The position numbers and the translations under genes were made by a program. From Candidatus Marinamargulisbacteria bacterium (GTDB taxonomy: Bacteria; Margulisbacteria; Marinamargulisbacteria; UBA817): 64,000 nt of DNA. Positions 50,849 to 59,261 of this stretch are shown here, piece by piece. The stretch is taken from the NCBI GenBank assembly GCA_023262965.1, contig JALQXX010000001.1, positions 22,581-86,580 of the forward strand. Reading direction: 5' to 3'. Position 1 is the first letter of the stretch, and every line of letters starts with the position of its first letter. The notes under the pieces were generated by a model. It saw only the letters and a program-made list of their open reading frames with translations. It made no database searches and was not told the origin of the DNA.

Positions 50849-52144
50849 TTATAGACGCAGTTGATTGTGATGATCACGTATAAATCCCTGAATAACCGCT
50901 AATGTGTCATCAATGACCGCATCATTGTGCTCGGAGGATACAAAATTGGCTTCATAGGGCGATGGTGGAATTAAAATGCCGTGGTCTACCATGTAATTAA
51001 AATAGGCTTTAAAAAGATCGGTATTGCTATTGTTCACGTCGGTTAGGGATCGAACCGGTGTTGCGCTAAAAAATACAGTGAACATGGTGCCAAGCGCATT
51101 CACCTGCATGGCCACATTGTTCGCCTGACACAGATGCTGTATGCCTGCAACCAAGCGGTGGGTTTGACGTTCAGCGGTCTCGTACACACCGTAATCGGCA
51201 ATCAACGACATCATCGCCAATCCCGCACGCATAGCCAGCGGGTTGCCCGATAATGTGCCGGCTTGATATACCGGCCCCAAGGGGGATACGTGGTGCATTA
51301 ATGCCGTGGATCCGCCATATGCGGCACAGGGCAATCCCCCACCAATCACCTTGCCCAAACAGGTGATGTCCGGTGCAATCCCATAATGACCTTGAGCGCC
51401 GTTTTTGTGAACACGAAATCCCGTCATTACTTCATCAAAAATGAGCAGGGATCCGTGATCTGATGTGATGCGTCGACACGCATGTAAAAATTCTGGGTCG
51501 GGCAATACAACCCCCATATTGCCGCACACCGGCTCCATGATTAATGCCGCAATTTGAGCGCCGTATTGATCAAAACAGGTCGTTAAAGCGGCCGTGTCAT
51601 TAAAGGGAATAACATGCGTAAATGCGGTGACTTCGTGAGGAATCCCCGCACTGCTGGGCGTTCCCAAGGTTAGCCCGCCGGATCCCGCAGATACCAATAA
51701 ACTGTCCACATGACCATGGTAACCGCCCTCAAATTTAACCAAGTGCGATCGATTCGTCGCGCCACGCGCCAGTCGAATGGCACTCATCGTGGCTTCGGTG
51801 CCGGAATTCACAAATCGGATGGTTTGCATCGCGGGCATCATCGATTGAATACGCTTGGCCAAGGCGGTTTCATGCCGGGTCGGGGCCCCAAAGGAGGTTC
51901 CTTTAATAATCGCGTTGTGAATGTCGGCAATCACCATATCATGGGCGTGACCAGCCAGGAGTGGCCCGTAAGACAACACGTAATCGCAGTAGCGCTTGCC
52001 CTCAACCGAGGTCACATAGGGGCCTTTTCCGGATTCAATAAATATTGGGTCGCGACCAACCGCTTTGTAGGCACGAACAGGGCTGTTGACGCCGCCTACC
52101 AATACGCTTTGAGCATCCGCAAATAAGGTGTTACTTGTTACCAT
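50849..52144 (-). CDS. hemL: glutamate-1-semialdehyde 2,1-aminomutase
   Basis: GGVNSPVRAYKAVG, class-III aminotransferase fold; 431 aa. Confidence 0.9.
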   Translation of the reverse strand: MVTSNTLFADAQSVLVGGVNSPVRAYKAVGRDPIFIESGKGPYVTSVEGKRYCDYVLSYGPLLAGHAHDMVIADIHNAIIKGTSFGAPTRHETALAKRIQSMMPAMQTIRFVNSGTEATMSAIRLARGATNRSHLVKFEGGYHGHVDSLLVSAGSGGLTLGTPSSAGIPHEVTAFTHVIPFNDTAALTTCFDQYGAQIAALIMEPVCGNMGVVLPDPEFLHACRRITSDHGSLLIFDEVMTGFRVHKNGAQGHYGIAPDITCLGKVIGGGLPCAAYGGSTALMHHVSPLGPVYQAGTLSGNPLAMRAGLAMMSLIADYGVYETAERQTHRLVAGIQHLCQANNVAMQVNALGTMFTVFFSATPVRSLTDVNNSNTDLFKAYFNYMVDHGILIPPSPYEANFVSSEHNDAVIDDTLAVIQGFIRDHHNQLRL

Positions 52145-52173
52145 TGATTATAGTCTACTAAAAAACACCCGCA

Positions 52174-54126
52174 TTAGGCTATATAGCGATTCTGTTTACT
52201 TTCAATGGTATTTAATAAGGACTGAAGAATGGTTTGATATAGCCGATCCCCATAAACCGCATCCTCCACCGTGTCATCGATGTTGGGATTATCATTGACT
52301 TCAATAATATATACGTCGTTATTCACCTCTTTTAAGTCAATACCATACAGTCCACGACCAATGGCTAAGGATGCCTGCACCGCTTTTTTGATGACCCGTG
52401 GAGGCACCGATTGAATGGGCAGCGTTTCCCAGTTTCCCGAAGATGCGTGATCGTTTTCCCAGTGATAAATTTGCCAGTGACCTGACGCCATGTAATACTT
52501 GCAGGCAAATAGGGGTTGATTATTAATTATCCCAATTCGCCAATCATAAGGTGTTGGCAAAAATTCCTGCGCAATAACCAAATCACTTTTTTTGAACATG
52601 TCTTTTAAAATACGGTAATAGTCGTCGCTGGTGTTCGCCAAATACACCCCTTTCGAAAACGATGATTCGGGTAATTTTAAAACAATCGGGAAGGTGGAAA
52701 TGTTCAGCGTCGTGTGATCATACAATTTAGGGGATACAATCCAGGATTTGGGTAGGGATAGCCCGCGATTGGTGAGACGTTCATGCAGATAAATTTTATT
52801 GGAGCACATCAAGATGGACCACGGATCATCAATCACGACCAAGCCTTCGGTATACGCTTGACGGGAGATGTCATAGGTGTGATGGTTAAGGGCCGTTGTT
52901 TCACGAATAAACAGTGCATCAAACTCACAAATCCGCTTGCGATCTCTTTTGGTAATAAATTCAACATATAATCCCATTTTTTGACCAATATCTTTGAATT
53001 TTTGCAGCGCTACTTCACAAGACGGTGGTGTGGGGTCATCGGGATTGACCAGTATCGCGACATCGTATTTGTAATTTTTTAATTTGATTCGGTTGTATCG
53101 TTTTTTGGCAATGTATTTTTTAAGGCCGCTTTTGAATATATCGGGGTAGTTATTAAGAACGTAATTCAAACTGATATGTTTTAATTTGTAAATTGTCCAG
53201 TGCGTCTTTTTTTTGAATTCAATACGAATAAAGGGCCATTCAAATAATCGAAATAGTTGCTTGGTTATTTTATTGAATTTTTTTTCGGTAGCTAAACCAA
53301 AAATCATCGTGATTTGGATATGCGAGCGGCTGTCTTTATCTAAAATGGTTTGAAACACAGGATCGATTTCATACAGAAGGGAATCGTGGACCCCCATGTT
53401 GGTATAATCGTTAATGGTTACAATAGAGGGCATAACGCGATGGCCGCGTGCGGATGCCAATAAGGATACGTAATACCCGACGCTGTGAATAGTATAGGTT
53501 CGACTTAAATTGATAACGTGATAAAAGTTTGAGTGAATAAACACCTTGTTGGTAAAGTAGTCCTGACTGGAAAATAATTGTAACGAGGTGAGTCGGGATA
53601 ATTGTTTTTGATGGGTATCGGCAATAATAATCATACGGCCTTCCGGATTGGCGCGATGATTAATCCACTCCATTCGAACCGCGTGATAACCCGATTCATA
53701 ATAATTGGGCAACGATTCTACTGATGTAAATCCATAGGATGTGTACCAACGCAATAGACGGGCATTGGCAGCATCGGCTTCAAGCCGAATCCGTTCGTAA
53801 TTCATATCGACGGCGTAAGTCATTACATGGCTGAGTAATGCATGACCTACCCCGTGATGTTGATGGTCTGGCAATACCCCAATGGAATATAACCGAATGG
53901 TTTTTTTGTATATAAAAAATATGGCGCTGCCACATAGTACGTTGGTATCGTTTTCCTGAATGTAGGCCACCAGTACGTGCTGATAGTGGCTGGATACACT
54001 ATTGGAAATACTGGCCATGGAACTTTGTAGGTACTCTTGAAAAGCGGTTTTCTCTAATTCACACAGAAACGAATAATCGTCGCTGGTGGCGTTTCGAATA
54101 TAAATGGTTGGCTTTGATTTTATCAT
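52174..54126 (-). CDS. bifunctional GNAT N-acetyltransferase plus RimK-like ATP-grasp ligase (Ngg-like architecture)
   Basis: N-terminal GNAT (VLPDHQHHGVGHALL); C-terminal ATP-grasp (FPIVLKLPESSFSKGVYL, IAQEFLP, YGIDLKEV...VYIIEVNDNP); 650 aa; ATGA-overlaps the cobA/hemD stop. Confidence 0.65.
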   Translation of the reverse strand: MIKSKPTIYIRNATSDDYSFLCELEKTAFQEYLQSSMASISNSVSSHYQHVLVAYIQENDTNVLCGSAIFFIYKKTIRLYSIGVLPDHQHHGVGHALLSHVMTYAVDMNYERIRLEADAANARLLRWYTSYGFTSVESLPNYYESGYHAVRMEWINHRANPEGRMIIIADTHQKQLSRLTSLQLFSSQDYFTNKVFIHSNFYHVINLSRTYTIHSVGYYVSLLASARGHRVMPSIVTINDYTNMGVHDSLLYEIDPVFQTILDKDSRSHIQITMIFGLATEKKFNKITKQLFRLFEWPFIRIEFKKKTHWTIYKLKHISLNYVLNNYPDIFKSGLKKYIAKKRYNRIKLKNYKYDVAILVNPDDPTPPSCEVALQKFKDIGQKMGLYVEFITKRDRKRICEFDALFIRETTALNHHTYDISRQAYTEGLVVIDDPWSILMCSNKIYLHERLTNRGLSLPKSWIVSPKLYDHTTLNISTFPIVLKLPESSFSKGVYLANTSDDYYRILKDMFKKSDLVIAQEFLPTPYDWRIGIINNQPLFACKYYMASGHWQIYHWENDHASSGNWETLPIQSVPPRVIKKAVQASLAIGRGLYGIDLKEVNNDVYIIEVNDNPNIDDTVEDAVYGDRLYQTILQSLLNTIESKQNRYIA

Positions 54127-55562
54127 AAATTCTCCAAAATTTTCTCAATAATAGATTCAATGCTAGGGTAGGTTGATTCGTGAATGTCTTGAGCCCCATA
54201 CCCACACAATGCGCGGGTTGTTTGAGGACCGATACTCATAATCGTATGGGCAGAAAATGCGGGGTATACGGCGTGTAAGCGATGGACTGAGGCGGCATTC
54301 ATTACAATAAACGTGTCCGCAGGATGAATCCATTCAAGGGCCATCGGAGGGATGCTGGGGACTGTGTTGGTGTATACGGTTACATAGGTGACACGATCGG
54401 AGTGGGTGGTTTCCAACACGCGGTCCGATTCGCTGGAGCTGGGGACAAGCACGCGATCATGAGGGGAGATGGTATCTAAAAAGGCGGTGAAGCCTTCAGC
54501 GGAGGGATGGGTTGCAATATGATCGGGGGTAATGCCGTAATCCTGCAGCGCGTTTTGGGTTTGGGTGCCAACCACGCCAATACGGGTGTGAGCCCATTGC
54601 CGAATATCCCCGTGGGTGTGCCGAATGGATTCAAAAAAGCCGCAAACCCCGTTTTGACTGGTGAATAGCAGATGGGAAAATGCCGATGGGGTGATGCTGG
54701 TTAATGCATCGGGGTGTGTGGTGATGGTATTTAAGGGAAGTTGCAGGGTTTCGGCCCCCAATGTGTGAAGGGCGTTGGCCAACTTGGATTGTTGATGGGC
54801 TGCCCGGGTCACCACAAATCGACGGTTGTGCAAGGGTAGTCGATGGCGCCAATCCATGCGATGACGGATGGTATCGCCCACAACCACCAGAGCAGGGGGT
54901 TGTACCTTATGCGTTCCTTGAATGGCTTGAATCGTTTGAAGGGTACCCGTTACCACGCGTTGATTGGCGGTTGTTCCCGATTCAATAATCGCAATCGGGG
55001 TGTCTTTTCCGCGTAATGGGGTTAATGTGTCCACAATATAATCCAATTGATATAATCCCATCATAATGACCAGTGTATCCGCAGATGGCCATTCCGGAGC
55101 CGGTGTATCATGAGCACGAGTAGCCGTCACAAAGGCCAGTGAATGCGCGGTATCCCGATGGGTGACGGGAATGCCTGCGTAGGTAGGGGCCGCAATTGCG
55201 GAACTGATGCCCGGTATGATTTCAAATGGAACCTGGTGGGCGGTGAGCCAATCAATCTCTTCGGCGCATCGACCGAATATCATGGGGTCCCCGCCTTTTA
55301 AACGGACCACGCATTTGCCGGCCCGGGCATCGGCAACCAACCGCTGGTTGATGGCGGTTTGTGTTACCGAATGCCGCCCCTTTTTCTTGCCAACACATAT
55401 TTTTTCAGCATGATCATTGGCCATAATCAGATTGGGGTGCACCAAATAATCGTATAAAATAACATCGGCCAATTGAATGATACGGTGGGCCTTTTGGGTA
55501 ATGAGCTCCGGATCACCCGGGCCTGCACCCACCAAGTAGACAGCGGTTGGGGCAATGGTCAT
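54123..55562 (-). CDS. fused uroporphyrinogen-III C-methyltransferase / uroporphyrinogen-III synthase (CobA-HemD)
   Basis: N-terminal SUMT (VYLVGAGPGDPELIT, GGDPMIFG); C-terminal HemD-like half. Confidence 0.8.
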   Translation of the reverse strand: MTIAPTAVYLVGAGPGDPELITQKAHRIIQLADVILYDYLVHPNLIMANDHAEKICVGKKKGRHSVTQTAINQRLVADARAGKCVVRLKGGDPMIFGRCAEEIDWLTAHQVPFEIIPGISSAIAAPTYAGIPVTHRDTAHSLAFVTATRAHDTPAPEWPSADTLVIMMGLYQLDYIVDTLTPLRGKDTPIAIIESGTTANQRVVTGTLQTIQAIQGTHKVQPPALVVVGDTIRHRMDWRHRLPLHNRRFVVTRAAHQQSKLANALHTLGAETLQLPLNTITTHPDALTSITPSAFSHLLFTSQNGVCGFFESIRHTHGDIRQWAHTRIGVVGTQTQNALQDYGITPDHIATHPSAEGFTAFLDTISPHDRVLVPSSSESDRVLETTHSDRVTYVTVYTNTVPSIPPMALEWIHPADTFIVMNAASVHRLHAVYPAFSAHTIMSIGPQTTRALCGYGAQDIHESTYPSIESIIEKILENL

Positions 55563-56407
55563 AGTGTTAATAATCCATGAATCACCTGCTCAGGCGAATC
55601 ATACGTCATGTAGTGACCATGATTCATGTGCTCTACAAACACCCGCCATTCACGCCTTGGCGTGTAGTAAACGCCTAATGGGCAATGGCAATTGAATGCA
55701 ATACCTTCGAGGATGCGGTAATAGTCTGCCCCACGTTTTTGGGTGTCGTTATCCCCAATCGCAGCTAAACAATCCCCAATACGGGTATCATTTGCACGAT
55801 GCTGGAGTGCAATTATCCCTTGACCGGGTGCTGGAACAAAATCCATGGGATCCAACTCATGGGTGATTTGGTGATCCAGCCCCAAGCGTTGCAGTCCGGC
55901 TGTGGATAAAATAAGCCCGTCGTACCCCCGTTCTTTGGTAAGCGTAATACGGGTGTCACTATTACCACGAATGGGTTCGCAGGTAACCAAGGGGTACAGC
56001 ATTCGACATAAGGCTTGCCGACGCATACTGCCCGTTGCCAAGCGGGTAGGCTCCGTTTTTAAACAGCGATTGGTGACCATAATCACGGCATCGGTGGCAC
56101 GTTCCTGGGTGACATACCGCCCATACACCAAATCCGATGACGGCCGCGCGGTAATGTCTTTAAACGAATGGACCCCAATATCAATCTGATGGGCGCTTAG
56201 GGCGACTTCAATTTCCTTAACAAATACATTTTTGCCACCAATTTCGGATAAAGGGTTGGGATTGCGGTCCCCGGATGTTTGAATGATATGGATTGTAACA
56301 AGGCTATGGGGATAGGCCTTCTGAAGCATTTTTTGAATATATCCCGCTTGCTTTTGGGCCAACGCTGATCCGCGTGTCCCTAAGCGTATTGGGATAGGGG
56401 CTGACAT
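55559..56407 (-). CDS. hemC: hydroxymethylbilane synthase (porphobilinogen deaminase)
   Basis: IRLGTRGSALAQKQA; start at the internal Met. Confidence 0.85.
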   Translation of the reverse strand: MSAPIPIRLGTRGSALAQKQAGYIQKMLQKAYPHSLVTIHIIQTSGDRNPNPLSEIGGKNVFVKEIEVALSAHQIDIGVHSFKDITARPSSDLVYGRYVTQERATDAVIMVTNRCLKTEPTRLATGSMRRQALCRMLYPLVTCEPIRGNSDTRITLTKERGYDGLILSTAGLQRLGLDHQITHELDPMDFVPAPGQGIIALQHRANDTRIGDCLAAIGDNDTQKRGADYYRILEGIAFNCHCPLGVYYTPRREWRVFVEHMNHGHYMTYDSPEQVIHGLLTL

Positions 56408-57426
56408 AATTTTTTTTCGGACCGATAGTGATCCCAACGGTGTAATTCGGATATGGCGTTGTCAATAAAGCGCATAACCGGTTCGATATCGTTTTTTCGG
56501 GTTTGAATGGTTTGATTGGATATGGCTTCTAATTCCGCTACCCCCACAAGTGTTACGGATGCCAACGTTCCGCAATCCGGGGATACATTTCGTGGAATCC
56601 CCAAATCAATGATGGTTAGGGCATGGTCAATGTGCCCAATGTCACAGCAACGAATAAAGGGCTCTTTTGATGAAATGGCAATGTAGAGCGTTCGAAATTG
56701 ATGGAATTGGTGTCGCACGGTTGCAAATGGGATCACCTGAATATGGGGTATTGTCTCCGCCAAGGTGTCCACACGACTCATGGTTCGATTGGCAATGGTC
56801 AGCTGACTATGCCCCATAGCGCTTAATTTAACCAAGGCCCGTTGAATCATCATCCCCGATCCAATCAATAACATGGGCTCGTTTAAAAAGTTGGGATTGT
56901 GTTGCTTAATCGCTTCGATCCCAATCGAACTAATGGAATGTGCCCCAGCAGAGATTTGCGTCTTGGTACGGGCTTCTTTTCCAGTAGCAATAATGGACTG
57001 AAATACTTTGTTTAAATGCGCGCGTGTGGCCCCAAATTCCATGCAAAATGCATGGCCTTGCTTAATTTGTGTTAAAATCTCACTTTCTCCGATCACCATG
57101 GATTTGAGGCCGCAGGCCAGCTCATGCAGATGGCGTAAGGCACTGTTGTGATGGTAAAGCGTCGTAATGGTCGACAAAATGGACGTCGCAATGCCCGTTA
57201 AGGCATGAATTTTTTGATGAAGAATGCTAACGGCTTTTTGAGGATGGGGTGATGTAAAGACCCATTCCGTACGATTGCAGGTGGATATAATAACCATTTC
57301 GTCAAAAAATAATGTGCCCAGTAATGTGGATAAATAGTGTGTCATATCATCTTTATTGCACGATACTTTTTCAAGTAGAGCAATAGGTGCGGTTTTAAAA
57401 TCAATGCTTAAAACAACAATCATCAT
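56380..57426 (-). CDS. hemA: glutamyl-tRNA reductase (short, 348 aa)
   Basis: STCNRTEWVF active-site Cys; NADP-binding GSGMM. Confidence 0.85.
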   Translation of the reverse strand: MMIVVLSIDFKTAPIALLEKVSCNKDDMTHYLSTLLGTLFFDEMVIISTCNRTEWVFTSPHPQKAVSILHQKIHALTGIATSILSTITTLYHHNSALRHLHELACGLKSMVIGESEILTQIKQGHAFCMEFGATRAHLNKVFQSIIATGKEARTKTQISAGAHSISSIGIEAIKQHNPNFLNEPMLLIGSGMMIQRALVKLSAMGHSQLTIANRTMSRVDTLAETIPHIQVIPFATVRHQFHQFRTLYIAISSKEPFIRCCDIGHIDHALTIIDLGIPRNVSPDCGTLASVTLVGVAELEAISNQTIQTRKNDIEPVMRFIDNAISELHRWDHYRSEKKLCQPLSQYA

Positions 57427-57522
57427 AACACAACCAGTTTAGATATATTCTCAAAAATGTTCAATGATTTTTGGGGGGTATAATGCCGATAATTCGTTTT
57501 AGATTGGTAAAAATTGGCCGGT

Positions 57523-58437
57523 TTAGGTGGCGGACTGTATAGATGATACTTCTAAAATCAGTCGGTCCCCGGGACTGACACGCTGTTTGAACGCAATTTT
57601 TCTGGCAGCTATTGTGGTTACAATGCCTTGTGGCGATATGGATAAGACCATGCCTTTCATATCGCAGATTGGAATAAAGGTATCGGATACAATGCGCGCA
57701 TCCATTTGCCACACGCCCGCGGATAGTTCAGAACGATGGTGTAAATCGGTGACGGTGTCTTCCAACATTTGCCACTGAGATACCCCCATCATCACGGGAT
57801 TTCCGGGAAAATGGCCCCGGGTTAAGGGGTGTTGAAGGGAGTACGTTAGCCCGTACAACGCATAGCCCGATTGGTGGGTGTAGCGGGTATCAATAAAGGT
57901 CATGTGCGGATTTTTATACGCAAACGGTGCAATCGCTACCGGATGGGCAAGCGCGTCGGGGTGCATGGGCGGCACCGGATCGGGACGGTTGGGTTCGGAG
58001 GGGGCTTCTTGGGTATAAAAAGCCGTTAAATCCCCACGCGCCTGTGTGTCTCCGCAGGATAAGGTGAATGCGTGTTTGTAAAATCCGTTCCTGTGACTGC
58101 GTTTTTGGGTGGCTCCTTGAATGGGGGTGTCGGCCGTGCAGGGCCCGCCGGTTAATGTGAAATTACTGATGCCAGCAAAATAGGCAAAATAGCCCGGTTT
58201 GATGGCCCCGGAACTACTAATGCAGGCTAAGGCCGCGATTTCGGTGGTTAAAGGCGTGGGGAGTTGGGGGGGGCTATGATTGTCCCAAAATAGGGTTCGT
58301 CCCAAGGTATCGTTGGGCGATATGTGTAGCGAAAAATCACTCGAATCGGGGGATGTAATTGTAACCGTGTCCAATAACATGTTTTGGTAACGATGGGGAA
58401 TGCGGTCACAAATAGCGGTATAATCCAATACGGTCAT
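57523..58437 (-). CDS. tandem hotdog-fold protein, FabZ-like (degenerate N-terminal copy, catalytic-His-containing C-terminal copy)
   Basis: N-half: IPHRYQNMLLDTV and YFAYFAGI (FabZ LPHRFPFLLVDRV / YYFAGI) but no HFPG. C-half: RGHFPGNPVMMGV and AFKQRVSPGDRLILEV. ATGA overlap with the upstream sigma factor. Confidence 0.6.
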   Translation of the reverse strand: MTVLDYTAICDRIPHRYQNMLLDTVTITSPDSSDFSLHISPNDTLGRTLFWDNHSPPQLPTPLTTEIAALACISSSGAIKPGYFAYFAGISNFTLTGGPCTADTPIQGATQKRSHRNGFYKHAFTLSCGDTQARGDLTAFYTQEAPSEPNRPDPVPPMHPDALAHPVAIAPFAYKNPHMTFIDTRYTHQSGYALYGLTYSLQHPLTRGHFPGNPVMMGVSQWQMLEDTVTDLHHRSELSAGVWQMDARIVSDTFIPICDMKGMVLSISPQGIVTTIAARKIAFKQRVSPGDRLILEVSSIQSAT

Positions 58438-59189
58438 GTAGACATGGTAATTTTTTGACGCAGTTTTTTCAAGGCATCATTTAATAATCGGGATACGTGC
58501 ATTTGGGATATGGCTAGCCGATTGGCAATTTCTTTTTGGGTCAGCCCTTCGTAAAAACGCAACTGAATTAATTTTTTTTCGCGTTCGGATAACACGGTCA
58601 ACGCATTATTAATCATCTCGCGCGTCAGCATATCATCATTTTTGTCGCCAGTGCCTAAATTATCCATCAGAGAAAATGTGTCGTTACTGGATTTGCTGGT
58701 TTGTATGGGTTTGTCTAAGGACACTACACGAAACGATTGCCCCGCCTCCATAGACTCCAAAACCGCCTCTTCGGTGAGGTCCAATCCCTTTGCAATTTCC
58801 GGAACGGTGGGCGCACGATCCCACTCTGCGGTTTTTTCTTTAATATAGTGACGTATTTTGGAATACTGCTCTTGTAATTTTCGAGGCAATTTAACAATTA
58901 AGGCTTTATCGCGAATGTAATGACGAATATCACCGATGATGGTGGAACTGGCATAGGTTGAAAAGGCAATATTGCGGGATATGTCGTAGGTTTCCAAGGC
59001 TTTTAGAAGACCCATGTTGCCGGTTTGAATCAAGTCGGGCACATCATCGGTATTGAAGGCTAATTTGCGAGCAATGAAGGTGACTAAGTTCTGATACGCA
59101 ACTAAAATAGACTCTTTGAGTGACTCATTTTTTGTTTCGAGATACTGGCGAACCAGGGCTTCACGTTCATGGGTATTGGCTTGCGTCAT
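58434..59189 (-). CDS. sigma-70-family group-3 alternative sigma factor (SigB/SigF/FliA-like)
   Basis: Region 2 (YASSTIIGDIRHYIRD), region 4 HTH (LTQKEIANRLAISQMHVSRL); 251 aa. Confidence 0.85.
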   Translation of the reverse strand: MTQANTHEREALVRQYLETKNESLKESILVAYQNLVTFIARKLAFNTDDVPDLIQTGNMGLLKALETYDISRNIAFSTYASSTIIGDIRHYIRDKALIVKLPRKLQEQYSKIRHYIKEKTAEWDRAPTVPEIAKGLDLTEEAVLESMEAGQSFRVVSLDKPIQTSKSSNDTFSLMDNLGTGDKNDDMLTREMINNALTVLSEREKKLIQLRFYEGLTQKEIANRLAISQMHVSRLLNDALKKLRQKITMST

Positions 59190-59261
59190 CTGTGTTAATA
59201 GTAAATATAACTGATGGACAAATCAATTTGATTTTTAGGACGCGTGGTTTAAAATAAATAG

